Positions 1-11,531 of a stretch of DNA of 64,000 nucleotides are shown here, piece by piece. The DNA comes from Antedon mediterranea (lineage: Eukaryota > Animalia > Echinodermata). Both the position numbers and the translations under genes were made by a program. The notes under the pieces were generated by a model. That model saw only the letters and a list, made by a program, of their open reading frames with translations. It ran no database searches and had not been told where the DNA came from. The DNA is taken from contig NC_092677.1 in assembly GCF_964355755.1 (NCBI RefSeq), positions 28,011,175-28,075,174 of the forward strand. Direction: 5' to 3'. Each line of letters opens with the position of its first letter. Position 1 is the first letter of the stretch.

Positions 1-324
1 GCCTCGGTTGATAAAACCGTTCAAACTGAGGCACAAAAAAACGACATTTCGTCACAAACTTCAAAACCTGAGAAAGATGATAAGAAAGAGAACTTTGTTA
101 CCACAGCGGATGAATATGAAAGTGATGTTAGTGAAAATAGTTCAGATATGATTGACGTAAAAAAGCAAAAACAAATATCTATAGTTCAAAGTCAAAAGGA
201 TAATAAAACTGTTTCCGATAATAAACAACAAGTCGAAAATACAACAAAATCTGATGTAAACATCGGAACAAGTAACGAAAATAAAATAAATACTATAGTT
301 GATAAGAAAGATGAATTAAGCTGA
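1..324 (+). CDS. 3' end of an unidentified ORF running off the left edge (K/D/E/N/S/Q-rich, low complexity)
   Basis: Frame 1 is open from base 1 (ASVDKTVQTEAQKNDISSQTSKPEKDDKKENFVTTADEYESD...DKKDELS) to TGA at 322-324. 107 open codons in AT-rich DNA; no recognisable domain. Confidence 0.5.
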   Translation, partial: ASVDKTVQTEAQKNDISSQTSKPEKDDKKENFVTTADEYESDVSENSSDMIDVKKQKQISIVQSQKDNKTVSDNKQQVENTTKSDVNIGTSNENKINTIVDKKDELS

Positions 325-2519
325 ACGAATACAGAAAATAATTTAATTTACATTGGACTAAGAACAGTTTCATTATATGAATTGGTGGGGAGAGCCACGG
401 TGATCTGACAATATAACATCAAACAACATGAACTTAAAGAAAAAGAAAGAGAGTTTGTCAGAAATGCTAAAATGTGAGGAAACTGACACAGCTAAAAGTG
501 ATTAAATCGAAACTGATGGATTTATTCGTAGTAAAGGTTTACGAAGCTGGACCGAACTGTAAAAGTCATTAAAGCCGCCAAAAAGTACATCAAATTGACC
601 TAAAGACCTGCAAAATAAAGTGATTTTATTGCAAAATCACACATTTTATTCCAAATACACGTGATGACGTGGTTCGAAAATGTAGAAATGACAATTTGGA
701 ATCATTTTGTTGAGTTGATATCAATGTCGTTTGTGTGGAGTGAGGAGGGACGATGATCTGGTGAAAAGAGTTTGCAATGAATTGATAAATAGTTCAATGA
801 GCAATATCTCCCGTCGAAGTTGTTGCGTTTGCTGTTATCAATTTGAATTAATTAGATTGTTGTGAGACTTTATGAAACATTGTCTTACTTAAGTCTTACC
901 AAGGTGACTTAGATTGCTTTGGTCTTACTCTGTGTGACTAATGTATACGAGGTTTGTACTAATTATAAGCAATGTTTTTGGAAATGTTTGGTTGTTGAGA
1001 AATGTTGGATTTGAGAAAAGTTGGTTTTGAAAAAATTTAAATGAGCTTTTCAGAATTTAAAATGATTTGTAGGTGCTTCTTTGAAACAGGAAAGCAATGA
1101 TAATTAAGCAATTATGTTTTGTATTCACTTAGTGTGATTTATATCACTTGTGAGCCGTGACAACTTTCTACGAACTTATCCTTAATTAGCAACTTAAATA
1201 CAGCATCTTGATTAGAGATAGCGAAACCTGGCGAGTTTGATTCGATTAAATGTATACTTGTAAATTAATTGTAAATAGACACAAATTGTTTTTTGCATAA
1301 TTATTATTAAGTTGAATTAGCAGATAGGATGACGTTTAGCACGGTACCGAGTGGTACCAAACGAGTTGGCTAACTAACAGAGAACACAACAATTATAATT
1401 AGTTAAACTTTGACGTTATCTATTTCTTAATATCATAAGTGCATAAGTTCAAAACTTAAATGATATCATGTATGCACTGGTTACCGGCTAATGTGATGGA
1501 AAAATGTTAAACTGGCATAATAAATATTTAGTTTATGCTTAACTTGTTAAATTATTGGTATACGCATCGCTGATTGGTTAATTGAGATTGAAAAAAGTTG
1601 GCCTGGAGTTATCATGTGCTAAGTCAGTTTATGGTTGGATATCCCTGTCTTTTTTCCTCTATCGATAAGAAGCAAAACCTCTAACAAACCCCTTGGGACA
1701 AAGGACCTATATAAGTGCTATCTTTTCCAGAAACACCGACTCAAAATCAGTATTCTTTTTTCAATGTTAATTAGGGTTAATCTATCGTCAGAAAACGATC
1801 TTAATTAGCATACGGGTTGTGATCACGTTTTAGTACAAAGTATCCTAAAGTTGACAAATGACAGGTTTAAAAACGGCGACGATGACTCTACTTTACAGTA
1901 CTTTAACACAAAGAACATTCTTAGCTAAAAATATGGATTTCTTATTCTCAACACAATTTGTGGTGCTTAAGTTATCTCTGATCAAATGTTATTATTAGTA
2001 AAAAATAATTAGAAATATTTAAAATTTTATATTTTTTTGAATTAAGTCTTTATCTCTATAAATGTACAATTTAATATGCAAATTAAAAAAAATGTTTAAA
2101 AAAGATGTTTGTGTTTTTGTAAGGTTTAAAATGTATCGTTCATAGGTTTATCATTAATTTAAGTTTGTTGTTTAGTGGTTCAGTTTTACACATTTATTTT
2201 TTATTTATTTATTTGGAATTACACCTTTAGATAATGTTAAATCGTATTTTCAAGATATAAATCTAAGCATTTACCACTTAATTATGATCCTAATCAATGG
2301 CAAGGAACAACATGTGGGTGTAGACCAACCCCAAGACCAACTGTCATCAGCACATGGCCTTCAGATAGATACAAGAACGTGGATAAAGAAAATCATCTTG
2401 AAGGTCACACAACAAGTAGTTGTTTCATATCAACAGGGAGGTGTTAACAGATTTTCTAAAATTGAAATAATCATGATCAAATGTTCAGATCATCTTGATT
2501 TTCTAATCCTAATCTTTAA

Positions 2520-2854
2520 AGATGTATTGTCCCCCAAAAACATGAAAAATGAAGATTAATTAAATCAGACATTGAATACCTTATTTTGTAGTTAATATAA
2601 AGTTAATCACATCCGTAGAAAAAAAAACGAAAAAAAATAATGTTTTCACTTGTAAAATGACAAAATAAATGGTTAAATTCAACCAAAAATCCATTGGCTG
2701 GCAGCCAATTTGACCATTTTTTGCTTTAAATTACATTTTAAATACACTTTTTTAGACCCAATTTTTGGTCAAAGTGGATAACTATTACGTTATTAAATGG
2801 AATATTCAACAAAATTTGTTTTAAGATATATTTTTTCAGGGGGACAATACATCT
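2520..2854. mobile_element. Non-autonomous TIR element (MITE), Kolobok-like
   Basis: TIR AGATGTATTGTCCCC ... GGGGACAATACATCT, flanked by TTAA on the left and (T)TTAA on the right; AG..CT termini; no ORF. Confidence 0.7.
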
Positions 2855-4408
2855 TTTAAAAAAAATCGAAGCTTTATCTTATGTAACGCTCCAATTCGCA
2901 ATGAATTGTGTTTCTTCAAAACCCCTTCATTTGTCCTTCCCTTGTAAATTTTATTCTAATTAATTAATCTAACCTCAAATTTACCACTAAGTTCAGGAAA
3001 TGACACACCGTTAAAACCTCTGCAATCTTGCATGAAAACAAAAGCACAGCTCAACTCTAATAAACACTCAATCCACGGTATCGTAATTGGTAAATAAGTT
3101 GCGTGTATGCATATTTGTTTACATTGTGTCAAAGGTCATACATATTTGCGCGCCTATGCGACTAACGATGTATTTATTATATTGTAATTTAAATTACTGT
3201 TTAATGATTGTATTGACATATAACCAAAGACAATTCACACAGCTTTTCACTGGGAAGAAAATGTCAAAAGAAAGAAAATATCACTTTCGATTTTTACAAA
3301 AATTATCTCTGTTTCTCAGGTTTTCCCTAATTAATATTGATCTTTATGTGAACTTCAGTATTTATGACTTTAAGCATTGACATATGTATTTATCAATCAT
3401 CAGTGGACAACGCAATTGAATACTAACAGTGAAGTATAGGCCTATATTGTGTATATTGTGAATTATATACAAATACATTAACACATTTATATATATATTT
3501 TTTAATAAACCTTTAGTCATCATACATGATGATACATACATAACATGGTTGACAAATAGCTAACGTTTTTGTCAGTTTAGGTATTACGGTATCAAACAGA
3601 TGATTAAGCCATGTATAAACTTAATAACTTTTGCCAAAAAAAAGAAAAGAAAATATGAATAAAAGTAGGTCGGATTTCGCTTTAAAAACGACAAAAATAA
3701 ACAATTGAATTTAACCAGCAACCCAAAAAACGAATAACAATGTGGCAGTAAAATGGCCTCTTCAACAAAACTACACTTGTTCAATGTTAAACATACCGTT
3801 AAAGTTTTACATTTAAATAAGTATTTCAGTATAAATACACAAATGAGATATTAGGTCAAAGTAAAAATGCTACACGCATTAATGATGACAATTAACATGA
3901 CGGTTGAATAAGTAGGTAAGATCTTCGTATATTTGGGTTAAAAATAGCTCACTTTCAAGAACTTAATAATGTACTTCCGAAGCAGAACGCATGTCATTTT
4001 AGTACAGGATGTGCAATCTCGTGCGATGTGACGTCATAAGGTTTGCTTTACACACAATTCAAGTTTTATCAAGTCTCCATGTACATTATATCCCATAATC
4101 GCCACAACACAATAGGCAGTCTACATACAGAGTAACATCATGGTGGTACAAGTCACGGTTTTCTAAATATTACTGATATTAAAATGATAATATATTATAA
4201 TAAAAATAATAACTTTATGAGGCCCTCCCTATCAAGATAATTTAAATTGATAACAAATAACGTTTATTTTCTTTTTTCGGTACAATTCCCTCCCAATTAC
4301 AATCGGGATTAGACACAATAATTTTGGTTTAACAACATGAATCTAAAAATTAGTAATTTAATCGTTAAGAATTAAATTATTTGAAAAGTTTGCAGATGAT
4401 TAAGATTG

Positions 4409-4525
4409 ATTCCCACTTGGACGCAACGCAGGTAATTTGACCAATCAGAACGCGTATGGATCATCCGAACTGTCGCTTGTGATTGGTCAATGCGCCTACG
4501 CGTCATACGTGCGTCCAAGTGGGAA
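4409..4525. mobile_element. Palindromic MITE, family A copy 1
   Basis: TTCCCACTTGGACGCA ... TGCGTCCAAGTGGGAA terminal inversion and inner TTGACCAATCA/TGATTGGTCAA. Related to 6301 and 7073. Confidence 0.7.
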
Positions 4526-6300
4526 CCAACTAAGCTTTAGATAATAATAATTATTATATCAGTAACAGCTTTCCCCAACAGTGTTTGAAAGTTGGCTCTC
4601 AAGATTGAAAGTTGGCAACCTGAATTGTCTGAAGAAACGAAATTGGAGATAAAACAACTCAGCAGCTTTACACGCGAGTTACCTCTTACTTTTTAAGATA
4701 AATAAGAAAATTTGGAGATATGAATAATGGATGAAAGATGAAGATGGTTATAAAATTGTGTTTTTCCAATTAGATTACCTGTAAGTTAAACATATTTTTT
4801 TTATTCCATAGGCATGAGCTGGTTGAGAACTTACCGAAAACTTGTTGAACTTGCTGAAGTCGGATTCAAACTGAAAATTAAATCAGTGAATGTTAATAAA
4901 GATTTGTAAACAGACAACTTAACATGGATATTAATTAACATCAAAAATATGAGTTATGCTGCCAGATTTATGATGGGGGAAATTAGATACGTTCAATATG
5001 AAAATCTGTTTTGTATCAATAACATTATAATGAAAGTTTTGTTATAAATAAGTTTGCAAGTTTATTTAATTGTCCTGTGTCAACACGTGTGTTCTTGCGA
5101 TAAAAGGTTATTTACACGTTAAATTGTATTTTGATAGCAACGGTGATTTCAGAGTGATACAATCGGTACTCACACTTTTCGTTGATTGTTTGGCTTCCGT
5201 CCTATCACTTCTTTAATCATGAGGATTGTACTGTTGTCATCTGCCCTCTACAATTGAATAAAAAATTGATCTACACAAGGTTAAACAGTAAGAAAATAAT
5301 CATTAGAAGATTCTTTCTATATTTAAAAGTATTCGAATCGTTAAATTGACTTTTATTTTAGGTTAGTTTAACAACTTTCAAACATTACCTTTTAAAGTTG
5401 TACAATTTGGATTTGCCATAAGACCATGTCATTATATGCACTAGTATTACTAAAAATTTCCTCTGCTGACAGTGGATGAACGCATCAGTATCTTTGGCTG
5501 ATTATGGATTGTCCTTTCGTTGAAATGTTCGACTCCGTCTTGGATTGTACATCTCCAATGTTGTCTGTTTATTGCACTGGTTTCCCCGCTGTCTGTACCT
5601 ATGTTGCATTGCTGCTTTTGGTTGTGTTTTCAGTTGTTGTCCCCCATTTTATCACCCAAAAGTACGGACATTTCATATTTTTGAAATCATTTATAAACAT
5701 TTATTAAAGAAAAGACTTGTACGTGACTTACTTCCTTCTTTTAATGTATTGTACAAAACGTAATTATTGCTTGTTCACTAACAGAACCAAAGCTCATTCA
5801 CAAGTCAACAGCAACCTATGTACGTGCAAACATTATATAAATACTTTTCTACAACAAACGCTTTCACAAACGAATATTGACACAAACGCGTTTACCAAAA
5901 TGTTGACGCGTAATATAAAACGGTTACGTTACTTATGAATCATGACTGGAACTAATGATGCGATTTTAAACGTTGCTCACAATTATATGATTTTATTTAA
6001 TATAGCCTATAAAACGTCGAAAGTATTACGTCATAATTACGTAATGCTGAAAAATTACGTCATAAATACGTAATGAAAACGTTACGTCGGTATAGTTTTC
6101 AGTATTTCAATTTCAGAAATTAAAAATGAATGAAAATAATAATAATCTCTATAGCGAATATTTTACGTATAACGGTAGTCACACCAGGATTTTAGTTATC
6201 GTTTAAACTAAAACAAAATGTAAATCAATAAATAAACCTAAAGCTGCTGACAGAATGTAAGAAAAATAAACTTACTTCACTTACGTTATTTATGTATCAA

Positions 6301-6454
6301 GCTTGGTTCTCTCTAGGTCACAACGTAAGGACGTAACGTAATTAATTTGACCAATCACAACGCTATGATGGATTGCCTGAACTGTGATAGGGTTGCGCGT
6401 ACGTTTCTTCGTTGCGCGTACGCTCATTCGTTGTGACCTAGTTTGAACCAAGCT
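6301..6454. mobile_element. Palindromic MITE, family A copy 2
   Basis: AGCTTGGTTC..CTAGGTCACAACG ... CGTTGTGACCTAG..GAACCAAGCT ends; internal TTTGACCAATCACAA. Confidence 0.7.
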
Positions 6455-7072
6455 TGACACAGTCTTAATTACGTACTTACTGACAGTGTACTTACATTGA
6501 TTAAAACGTAGTGCAAAACACGTAGATATACCTTTATATAAATGTAACCTTTTTAGACAGAACCACTTATAGAAGTGTAATACTTTGTTTAATATAAAAT
6601 GTACTTAGGTTACATTAGGACTATACGTATGGAAACACATTTGGCAATAATAATATGTACATATTTAAAATAAATCCATTGTATTCTTACTACACAATCC
6701 GGTAATTAGAAAACAAATCCGAGTCACGAAGAATATGAGTTTTCTCTGGAACTAATTTGTTTAGTTTAAATTGAGATATTTAGTTAGATATGAACTAAAA
6801 CACAGACACACAAAACAGTTAATTATAGTATAAATATCTCAAAAATGGAATATAAACAATTTGTAGAACATCATTTTGTTTTTGTTTTTAAAAGATACAT
6901 TTTTTTCAATGAAAGTATTTCTATGTAAAGTAAAATTAATAATAGATTATTTCTCTATCTTTATCTAATAGCTTTTTTACATTTATAGCAATAGATTAAC
7001 ATGTAAAATATCTAAAGATATAACCCAGTAAATATACAGTCACATAAATCTAGTTTAATAGAAATGCTCTAA

Positions 7073-7217
7073 AGCGTGGTTCTCACTAGAGACGCAACGC
7101 AATGACGTACGCGTAACGCAAGCGAGTTGACCAATGACAAGCCACTGTTTGAATAATCTATCGCTTGTCATTGGTCAAATCACTTACGTTGCGTTACGTC
7201 GCTAGTGGGAAACGCCT
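7073..7217. mobile_element. Palindromic MITE, family A copy 3
   Basis: TCTCACTAGAGACGCAACGCAA ... TTGCGTTACGTCGCTAGTGGGA; inner TTGACCAATGACAAGC/GCTTGTCATTGGTCAA. Confidence 0.7.
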
Positions 7218-7495
7218 GTGTAGTTAGTCTACAGGAAACAAAAAAAATAATAGCACTTGTCGTATCAACAAAAAAGTAAACAAATCAACAACTAAAAAGG
7301 TCTTTTCTTATAAGCAAGTTTTAGCAATACACACCTTTTGTACAAAGCTTTCCTAAAAATAATACTAATAAACAAACTGTTTCTATAACATATGCATGTG
7401 TACAATATATTAATGTACTCATAAATATAATATTGGTATGTTTTTGAAAAATTAAAGATGAAATGTTTATATGCACTGATGTTGATGGCAGCAAT

Positions 7496-7938
7496 AAACA
7501 CTCCCTAAGCCAACGAATGTTCAAAACACCCTAAGCCGCGCCAACGAATGTTAAAAACGTTCCATAACCCAACGAATGTTCAAAACACTCGCCAACCCAA
7601 CAAATGTTCAAAAGACTCTCTCAACCAACGAATGTTCAAAACACTCGCCAACCCAACGAATGTTCAAAAGACTCTCTCAACCAACGAATGTTCAAAACAC
7701 TCCCTAAGTCAACGAATGTTCAAAACACTCCATAAAGCCAACGAATGTTCAAAACACTCCCTAAGTCAACGATTGTTCAAAACACTCCATAAAGCCAACG
7801 AATGTTCAAAACACTCCATAAGCCAACGAATGTTCAAAACACTCCCTAAGCCAACGAATGTTCAAAACACTCCCTAAGCCAACGAATGTTCAAAACATAC
7901 CCTAAGCCAACGAATGTTCAAAACACTCCCTTAACCAA
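7496..7938. repeat. 28-bp minisatellite, about 15-16 copies
   Basis: Unit CCAACGAATGTTCAAAACACTCCCTAAG with variable last 8 nt. Explains ORF 7548-7877. Confidence 0.95.
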
Positions 7939-7957
7939 CCATATTACTCCATTCCCC

Positions 7958-8033
7958 GACCAACCCACCTATGTTGACCAACCCACCTATGTTGACCAAC
8001 CCACCTATGTTGACCAACCCACCTATGTTGACC
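7958..8033. repeat. 18-bp tandem repeat, 4 copies
   Basis: (GACCAACCCACCTATGTT)x4, perfect. Confidence 0.95.
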
Positions 8034-8944
8034 GCATCAGCTGAGATGTAATAATAAACAAATGTTTACATATGTTTACATAACATCACATGTTATCAAA
8101 ATCATTTGTTTAATAATACAATACACACAGTTCTTTTAAACACTTCATTTGTTGGTCGAGTTTTTAGAAAATCCATATCCTTGTGCTAAGTATCAACTCT
8201 AGCCAAGTGCTAAGTACCAACTCTAGTGTTGTGCTAAGTATCAACTAATTCTTCCATGATTATGTATCACTTGCTATTTCTTCTTGTTTGTACTTTTCTG
8301 CGCAGCATAGCTTGTCATAACAAAAAGCACAATAGCACCTAGAAAATTCATATAGAATCACATATCTTATCTAACCATGAAGACACGGTTTCTTCATGAT
8401 TAACACTCTTGTATTTACTGGTGGTAGACCATAGAGTTATTATATTACAACTAGAGGGTCATCTAGATAGACATAATCAGTTTCTTTTTTAGAAGACCGA
8501 ATAACTTCTTCATGAAAAATTAACTGTTGCCAGCATGTGTTGCACATTATCAGAGATAAATAAGCTGAAGTCTTGATTGGAGAGAAATCAAATTCATGAT
8601 AAACTTATAACCTCAAGTTTTTAATAAGGTAGCAATTTCATTCATTACTCCAGAGAGCAGAAACATGTGTAGTGTTCAGCCGATTTCAATTACTTTCTCC
8701 TTAAGTGTATCTTCAAAAGCACACTGCACCAATGGAGGTGCTTATGAGCAGTGACTAGCATTAGTCCTTTTATACCTAATTTCAGTTTTTCATCTGAGAG
8801 ACTTTGATAGTATATATGCACATTGGATACTTAACCTCTAGTAGCGTTTATATGACAACAAGTTTTCTATCAGAGAGAGGAAACTTATGAACTACGAGCA
8901 CTTGTATATCATTTAATGTTGATCTATATATTACATAATTATTC

Positions 8945-9951
8945 TCATATGAGTGGGTTAGAGCGATCATTAGTATGGGTTGACCTAAGCTTGACCTTTT
9001 GAAGTTCTAATAGGAGACCACTTGGCTTTTCTTCGTCTTCTTCGTCCGGCTCTTTTAGCGTCCCCATGTGCATACTACGGTAGTACTGTGTCGACTCTAT
9101 ACTACTGTGTCTGCGTTGGTGGCCCTGGTCATGTTTTTGATAAGCTGCCTGTTGCTGATACGCTGCCTGTTGCTGATGTGATGCCTGCTGTTGATATGAT
9201 GCCTGTTGCTGATAACCTGCCTGTTGTTGATACGATGCATGTTGTTGTTGATGGTAGTTAGTTGGAGTGGACTGATTACCATAACCTGGTGGAGGTGCGT
9301 ACTGCGGAGGGGCACTCTGCTGTTGGATTATATAACTGCCAGGAGTTGGTGTCTTTTGAAGGTCTGCTACGTGAGGAGGGCTCTGAGGTTGAGAAGTCTT
9401 TTGTGGGTTGGTTATTGGTTGTGGGGTTGAATGCCTCGGTTCTGTACCCACAAACATAGACTGCCTCTGGGCAAGCTTTGCGTTTAAACTCTCCATCAAA
9501 CTCTGGCGATTGTTGGCTTTTAAATCTTGTGGAGTCCGCAAACTCTGACTACGCCCTAGGTTTGACGGTCTGGTCTTGGGAGGCGAGTGCTGAAGGTTTG
9601 TGGTCTGATCGACTGGCATTGGCATTTTGAATTGACCAGAATAATCAAAGACCGTTTCCGTTTTATGAGTTGGTGTAGTTTGTGGACTGCTTGCTGTTGT
9701 TAGAGAAGTTCTCCTAACAGGTGGAGGTGGTTTGCCTCGACGTAGTGTGCAGTAACTTGGAGCGGCTCGCCTAGCGTTCATACTATTCATTGGCGTAGAA
9801 GCAAAAGGAAGTCCTGCCGTGGATGCCGGTCGCCGAGGAGTAGACGTATGCTGATATGAGTTGCTGACGTCACCATTTCGTGGAATCGTTGATGGTTTTT
9901 CAAACATAAGATCCGTCTGCTTATCGGCTTGTATTGAGTAGTAGTCAAAAT
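8945..9951 (-). CDS. MTSS1: MTSS-like exon 14 (last): Pro-rich region, Q-rich repeats, C-terminal WH2
   Basis: DFDYYSIQADKQTDLMFEKPSTIPRNGDVSNSY and RRPASTAGLP match the MTSS motifs DYDYFS/KSSTIPRNSDIS/KRPASTAGLP. Ends LLLELQKVKLRSTHTNDRSNPLI* (WH2). Acceptor ttgcag. Confidence 0.93.
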
Positions 9952-10147
9952 CTGCAACAACAAAATTTAATGTTTTATGTCAATACAACATTATATTCAA
10001 GATATGTATATGCCTTAACCTCTTATATGGTATTTATTGCATTTTTACTGCTTTTCAAAATGGTCCAGTTACAAGGTTTAAAAGTGAAGTAGATAAAGAA
10101 AAGTAAAAACATAATAATATGCATACTCGTAGTATAGTAAAGCTTAC

Positions 10148-10322
10148 CTTCAGATGCAATGGTATCATCCGAGGCAGATGGTGTTGTTGTCTGTGTACCA
10201 TAACCACTAGACTGCAACGATAACTGACTATTCTGTACATTGGCTAAGTGTTGGCCTGGTGTGTGGGTGCCTAGACCTCTGGCAAGTGCCATAGCTAAGT
10301 CTGCTGTCACTGGTAATGTAGG
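10148..10322 (-). CDS. MTSS1: MTSS-like exon 13
   Basis: PTLPVTADLAMALARGL...LSLQSSGYGTQTTTPSASDDTIASE matches the conserved LALALSRGL / SSGYSTQTTTP motifs; tttcag/gtaag sites. Confidence 0.92.
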
Positions 10323-10799
10323 CTGAAAAAAATTTATTTGAACTTAAGCACAAGATTTAAGAAACCTTTTTTCAATATTGTATTCTCTTCACTTTGAAGC
10401 TAAATGGTTTGGTACTGTATAAACTTCTGTAAATTGAATTGAAGTGTAAGTTTACATTTTGTTTGCTTTATATATTCATTATATCATACTTTATCCATAG
10501 ATACTTACCATGCAATTTTAGAATACCTTTAATATTATTGTAACCCTCTTAACGCTTAACGCGAGCTCTCTAGGCCTGCTTATTGACTGGACAGTTCCTA
10601 CGTGCTAGGCGGTTTCGACCTGCCTTGATCCACCTGTTTATGCTAGTCACACCCAGACCCAGGCATATCGACACAGAATTGGAACTAAGCACTTGATGTT
10701 GGACCCTAGCTTTTAATATTCCTGCATTGCTGTTATTTACAAGCCTGTGGTAGGCCTACGACACTGACTTTTATTCGTTTTTGGAAAAACGACTACTCA

Positions 10800-11531
10800 A
10801 TGGCTACGCCAGCTACCACGAAACATACCATGCATACCACGCATTCTATTGTGTTGCGTCTGGGTTTGTTTTTTATTTTCATCATGTGCAATATTACTGA
10901 GCATATTCGGAGTTGTGATCATCAAATTCATTCCGGTGGTGATCAGTTTGTGCGTTCGTGTTTTGATCAATGCGATGTGGTCTTTTATTCGCAAGACCAT
11001 GATGTGTCGGTAACTGCCGGCTGGGCTGATCTTTATATTATTTCAACCAGTCGTTCCAACCACGGTGGATCAACGTTCGTGTTACCCAGGCGGAATAAAT
11101 ACAGTTCTCCCCGTTTATACTACGACAATTCTGTGGCAACATTTACTATGCTGTTGTTAAGCGGCGATGTGGAGCCTAATCCAGGACCAACTAATTCGTT
11201 TGATCAATCGGAACATCATCTCAACGTGTACTACCAGAATGTTCGCAGCCTAAAGAATAAGGTAACCTGTTACAAAACTGAACTTGTTAGTCATCTATTA
11301 GCTAACAAATTCCAAATAGTGGGCTTATGCGAAACCTGGTTAAATGACACTATACTAGATGCCGAACTGGCAGTTCATGGATTTCATTTACATAGAAGGG
11401 ACCGAGACGATGGAAGAAGAGGAGGTGGTGTCTTGCTCCTTGTGTCTGATAATTTTCAATCCAAGAGACTTGACATCGTGAACTGTTACAACTTAGAAGC
11501 AATTTTTGTGGAAATTCAAGCCTCTCGATGA
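10800..11531 (+). CDS. LINE ORF, N-terminal part: hydrophobic leader, 2A-like peptide and first half of APE endonuclease
   Basis: LLLSGDVEPNPGP fits the 2A consensus D(V/I)ExNPGP. It is followed by APE motifs YQNVRSL, LCETWL, RRDR, GGGVLL. Ends at an in-frame TGA; the frame continues KKLIVGVIYRPPD. Confidence 0.88.
   Translation: MATPATTKHTMHTTHSIVLRLGLFFIFIMCNITEHIRSCDHQIHSGGDQFVRSCFDQCDVVFYSQDHDVSVTAGWADLYIISTSRSNHGGSTFVLPRRNKYSSPRLYYDNSVATFTMLLLSGDVEPNPGPTNSFDQSEHHLNVYYQNVRSLKNKVTCYKTELVSHLLANKFQIVGLCETWLNDTILDAELAVHGFHLHRRDRDDGRRGGGVLLLVSDNFQSKRLDIVNCYNLEAIFVEIQASR

Noticed and set aside
4731-4850. Small + strand exon pair (MKDEDGYKIVFFQLDY, gtaagt...ccatag)
   Set aside because: The implied intron is only ~32 nt and the frame stops 12 codons later; no homology recognised.
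7496-7938. CRISPR-like array (constant core with variable spacer)
   Set aside because: The variable part is only ~8 nt and the variants are related to each other. Eukaryotic context with no cas genes; it is a minisatellite.
9022-9459. Overlapping ORFs on MTSS exon 14, and similar ones over the LINE (12373-14076) and exon 9
   Set aside because: Shadow frames of genuine coding sequence.
10545-10800. HDV-like ribozyme at the LINE 5' end
   Set aside because: I could not build the nested double pseudoknot by eye; it would need a structure-descriptor search.
11529-11531. TGA as selenocysteine
   Set aside because: It falls in a variable APE loop rather than a Cys position, and no SECIS-like element was recognised in the short LINE 3' UTR.
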